A stretch of 62,586 nt of DNA, the filler included. It is 5 parts of 5 records of this genome, joined end to end, with 100 filler letters (N's around TTAATTAATTAA, not from the genome) between each part and the next. Parts side by side here need not be neighbours in the genome. Positions count along the whole stretch, not along the records: positions 55,774 to 62,586 come from DRR723986_8084; 4 more parts are not named here. One strand, 5' to 3'. Made by a program: the position numbers and the translations under genes. Shown here piece by piece: positions 59,950 through 62,586 of this stretch. The notes under the pieces are model-generated. The model had not been told where the DNA came from. It worked only from the letters and a program-made list of their open reading frames with translations, and made no database searches. The first letter of the stretch is position 1, and each line of letters begins with the position of its first letter.

Positions 59950-62100
59950 TCAGCTAAAGGTTTCGTTGCGTTCGGCTTTCTGAAGCAACAGCGATGGCGG
60001 CGTGAATCGCTCACCGTACTGGTCTGCCAGCTGCTGCGCCCGCTCCGCAAAGGCCCGAACGCCATACTGGTTGACGAACTGGATGGCACCGCCGGTCCAG
60101 GGCGCGTAGCCAATACCGAAGATGCTGCCAATGTTGGCGTCTTCCACGGTTCTCAGCACACCCTCCTCAAGACAGCGGATGGTCTCGATGGCCTGCATGA
60201 ACAGGATGCGATCTTTCAGATCCTGCAGCTGCACACGGCGTGCCTTGTCCTGGTCCACGAACAGGTTCTCCAGTTCCGGCCACAGGTATTTTTTGCCCTT
60301 CTCCGGATACTCGTAGAAACCGGCACCGGCGGCTTTGCCCTTGCGTCCGTGGGTATCCACCATGGCATCGATGACGGCTTCGGCCGGATGCGGCTGCCAG
60401 GTACCGCCGGCGGCTTCCGTGTCTTTCTTGCTTTGGGCGCGGATGTGCTGCATCAGGGTCATGCTGACTTCGTCAGAGATGGCCAGCGGTCCTACCGGCA
60501 TGCCGGCCAGCAGTCCGGCATTCTCGATGCTTGAGGGGTGAATGCCCTCGGCCAGCATGCTGATACCTTCGTTCACGAAGGTGCCAAATACCCGAGAGGT
60601 AAAGAAGCCGCGGCTGTCGTTCACCACAATGGGAATCTTGCCTATCTGCTGCACGTAATCGAACGCCCGGGCCAGGGTGTCATCGGAGGTTTTCTCGCCG
60701 ACGATGATTTCCACCAGTTGCATCTTGTCCACCGGGGAGAAGAAGTGCAGGCCGATAAAGTTGTCCGGCTTGGCCGAGGCCTGGGCCAACTGGGTGATGG
60801 GGATGGTGGAGGTGTTGGAGGCAAAGATGCCGTTAGCGACCATTTTCGGCTCGGATTCCTGGGTAACCTTTGCCTTCAGATCGCTGTCTTCAAAGACTGC
60901 CTCGATGATCAGGTCGCAACCTTCCAGGTCGTCGGCAGAGGCGGTGGCGTTGATGCGGGCCAACACTTCGTCTTTCTGGGCTTCGGTCATGCGGCCGCGA
61001 CTGACTTTCTTCGCCAGGAGATTTTCGGAATAGCTTTTGCCTTTCTCGGCGTTTTCAACCGAGACATCCTTCAGCACCACCTCAATGCCGCGGCTGGCAG
61101 TGGAGTAGGCGATACCAGCGCCCATCATGCCTGCACCCAGTACGCCGACTTTCTTGAAGCTTTCCTTTTCTACGCCATCCGGGCGACTGCCGCCGGCCTT
61201 GATGGCGTTGAGCTGGAACCAGAAAGTGCCCGTCATGTTTTTGGCCACCTGGCCGGTGGCCAGCTCGGCAAAGTAACGGGTTTCAATCAGGCTGCCATTG
61301 TCGAAATCCACTTGGGCGCCTTCCACCGCTGCTGCCAGAATCCGTTCCGGTGCCGGATAGCAGCCTTTGGTCTTCTGTTTGAGCATGGCCGGTGCAATGG
61401 CCAGTTTCTGGGCCATGGCCGGATGATGCGGAGCTCCGCCGGGGAAGCGGAAGCCTTTCTGATCCCAGGGTTGCTGGCACCTGGGATTGGCTTCGATGAA
61501 GGCCCCGGCCTTGGCGATCATGTCTTCCGGTGAGCTGGCGAGCTCATCCACGATACCGGCCTTCAGAGCGGCTTTTGGATTTACCTTCTTACCCTCCATC
61601 AGGAATGGGAAGGCGGCTTCCAGGCCAATCATCCGGGGCAGTCGCTGGGTGCCGCCACCGCCGGGCAGCAGGCCCAGGGTGACTTCCGGTAAGCCCAGTT
61701 GGGTCCGGTCATCATCAATGGCAACGCGATGATGGCAGGCCAGGGCGAGTTCCAGGCCACCACCCAGAGCGGTGCCGTTGATAGCCGCCACCACAGGTTT
61801 GCCACAGGTTTCCAGCACCCGCATGTCGGCTTTCAGGCCGTTGACCATGTCTTCAAACTCTTTGGCCTGTTCGCGGGTCACTGTGTACAGCTCATTCAGG
61901 TCGCCGCCGGCAAAGAAGCTTTTCTTGGCGGAGGCAATGATAATGCCTTTGACATTATCCAGGTCGCTTTTGACCTTATTGACGGCTTCGGTCAGTGCAG
62001 TTCGAAACTCGCCATTCATGGTGTTGGCGGACTGGCCCGGCATGTCGATGGTCAGGGTCAGAATCTGGTCTGAACCCAGGTCGTATTTGATGGCACTCAT
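59950..62100 (-). CDS. Multifunctional enoyl-CoA hydratase/3-hydroxyacyl-CoA dehydrogenase (FadB/FadJ-like)
   Basis: FFAGGDL, GGGLELAL, GLPEVTLG, GVLGAGMMG, SNTS, GLHFFSPV. Confidence 0.95.
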   Translation of the reverse strand: MSAIKYDLGSDQILTLTIDMPGQSANTMNGEFRTALTEAVNKVKSDLDNVKGIIIASAKKSFFAGGDLNELYTVTREQAKEFEDMVNGLKADMRVLETCGKPVVAAINGTALGGGLELALACHHRVAIDDDRTQLGLPEVTLGLLPGGGGTQRLPRMIGLEAAFPFLMEGKKVNPKAALKAGIVDELASSPEDMIAKAGAFIEANPRCQQPWDQKGFRFPGGAPHHPAMAQKLAIAPAMLKQKTKGCYPAPERILAAAVEGAQVDFDNGSLIETRYFAELATGQVAKNMTGTFWFQLNAIKAGGSRPDGVEKESFKKVGVLGAGMMGAGIAYSTASRGIEVVLKDVSVENAEKGKSYSENLLAKKVSRGRMTEAQKDEVLARINATASADDLEGCDLIIEAVFEDSDLKAKVTQESEPKMVANGIFASNTSTIPITQLAQASAKPDNFIGLHFFSPVDKMQLVEIIVGEKTSDDTLARAFDYVQQIGKIPIVVNDSRGFFTSRVFGTFVNEGISMLAEGIHPSSIENAGLLAGMPVGPLAISDEVSMTLMQHIRAQSKKDTEAAGGTWQPHPAEAVIDAMVDTHGRKGKAAGAGFYEYPEKGKKYLWPELENLFVDQDKARRVQLQDLKDRILFMQAIETIRCLEEGVLRTVEDANIGSIFGIGYAPWTGGAIQFVNQYGVRAFAERAQQLADQYGERFTPPSLLLQKAERNETFS

Positions 62101-62129
62101 GGTCGGTTCCTTTTATATGAAAGTGGCGT

Positions 62130-62586
62130 TCAGACGCGCTCGATGATGGTGGCAATGCCCATGCCGCCGCCCACGCACAACGTGGCCAGGCCGTAGCGCA
62201 GTTCACGGCGTTCCAGTTCATCCAGCAGGGTGCCGAGGATCATGGCGCCGGTGGCACCCAGTGGGTGGCCCATGGCGATGGCGCCGCCGTTCACATTCAC
62301 TTTCTCGTCCGGAACGGACAACTCTTTCTGGAAGCGCATCACCACCGACGCGAAGGCTTCGTTCACTTCAAACAGGTCGATCTGGTCCACCGTCATACCG
62401 GCTTTCTCCAGTGCCTTGCGGGCAGCCGGGGCAGGGCCGGTGAGCATAATGGTGGGGTCTGTGCTGGTAACCGCAGTGGCAACGATGCGGGCGCGTGGCT
62501 TGAGGCCGAGCTCCTTGCCCTTGGCTTCGCTGCCAATCAGCATGGCGGTGGCACCGTCGACAATGCCGGAGGAGTTGCCGGCGTGG
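62130..62586 (-). CDS. Acetyl-CoA acyltransferase (thiolase), C-terminal part
   Basis: [30 protein letters not shown]. Confidence 0.95.
   Translation of the reverse strand, partial: HAGNSSGIVDGATAMLIGSEAKGKELGLKPRARIVATAVTSTDPTIMLTGPAPAARKALEKAGMTVDQIDLFEVNEAFASVVMRFQKELSVPDEKVNVNGGAIAMGHPLGATGAMILGTLLDELERRELRYGLATLCVGGGMGIATIIERV

Noticed and set aside
1..62586. CRISPR arrays, tRNA/rRNA, IS elements, integrases, prophage or defence systems
   Set aside because: No spaced direct repeats, RNA-gene signatures, or transposase/integrase/phage/defence motifs seen in any frame.

Overview
This window is not one locus. It is five unrelated contigs joined by artificial 100-nt spacers (44 N + TTAATTAATTAA + 44 N) at 12801-12900, 28302-28401, 45804-45903 and 55674-55773. 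Segment 1 (1-12800; Roseobacter-group alphaproteobacterium) carries hslUV, a KpsS-like gene, and the PAS-tsaE-amgK-murU-addB-addA-trxA operon. Segment 2 (12901-28301; Roseobacter-group) carries the aspS 3' end, a response regulator, mce, several small accessory genes and a sulfur-oxidation cluster soxT-R-S / V-W-X-Y-Z-A-B-C(partial). Segment 3 (28402-45803; Roseibium/Labrenzia-like) carries urtBCDE, an M20 amidohydrolase, ugd, a priming glycosyltransferase, aroQ, small regulators, a methyltransferase and ccoNOQP-ccoGHIS. Segment 4 (45904-55673; Marinobacter-like) carries fliOPQR-flhB, an inverted upp-uraA pair and flhA-flhF-fleN. Segment 5 (55774-62586; Marinobacter-like) carries mtnA, an XRE-HTH gene, prc and beta-oxidation genes. 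Taxonomic labels are inferred from protein style and gene order, not from a database search. I found no rRNA, tRNA, CRISPR array, IS or prophage. Most content is well-known housekeeping or metabolism, and I cannot demonstrate a wholly new system. The best leads are regulatory or small-protein signals: (i) three ATTC-N8-GAAT operators inside the sox operon; (ii) a correctly spaced FNR-type promoter in front of a tandem pair of Cys-rich small proteins; (iii) a Cle-like CheY protein, CtrA-like boxes and a small Ala-Ala-tailed protein around a priming glycosyltransferase; (iv) a REC protein with a possible His-less Hpt-like domain coupled to a 46-aa membrane ORF.
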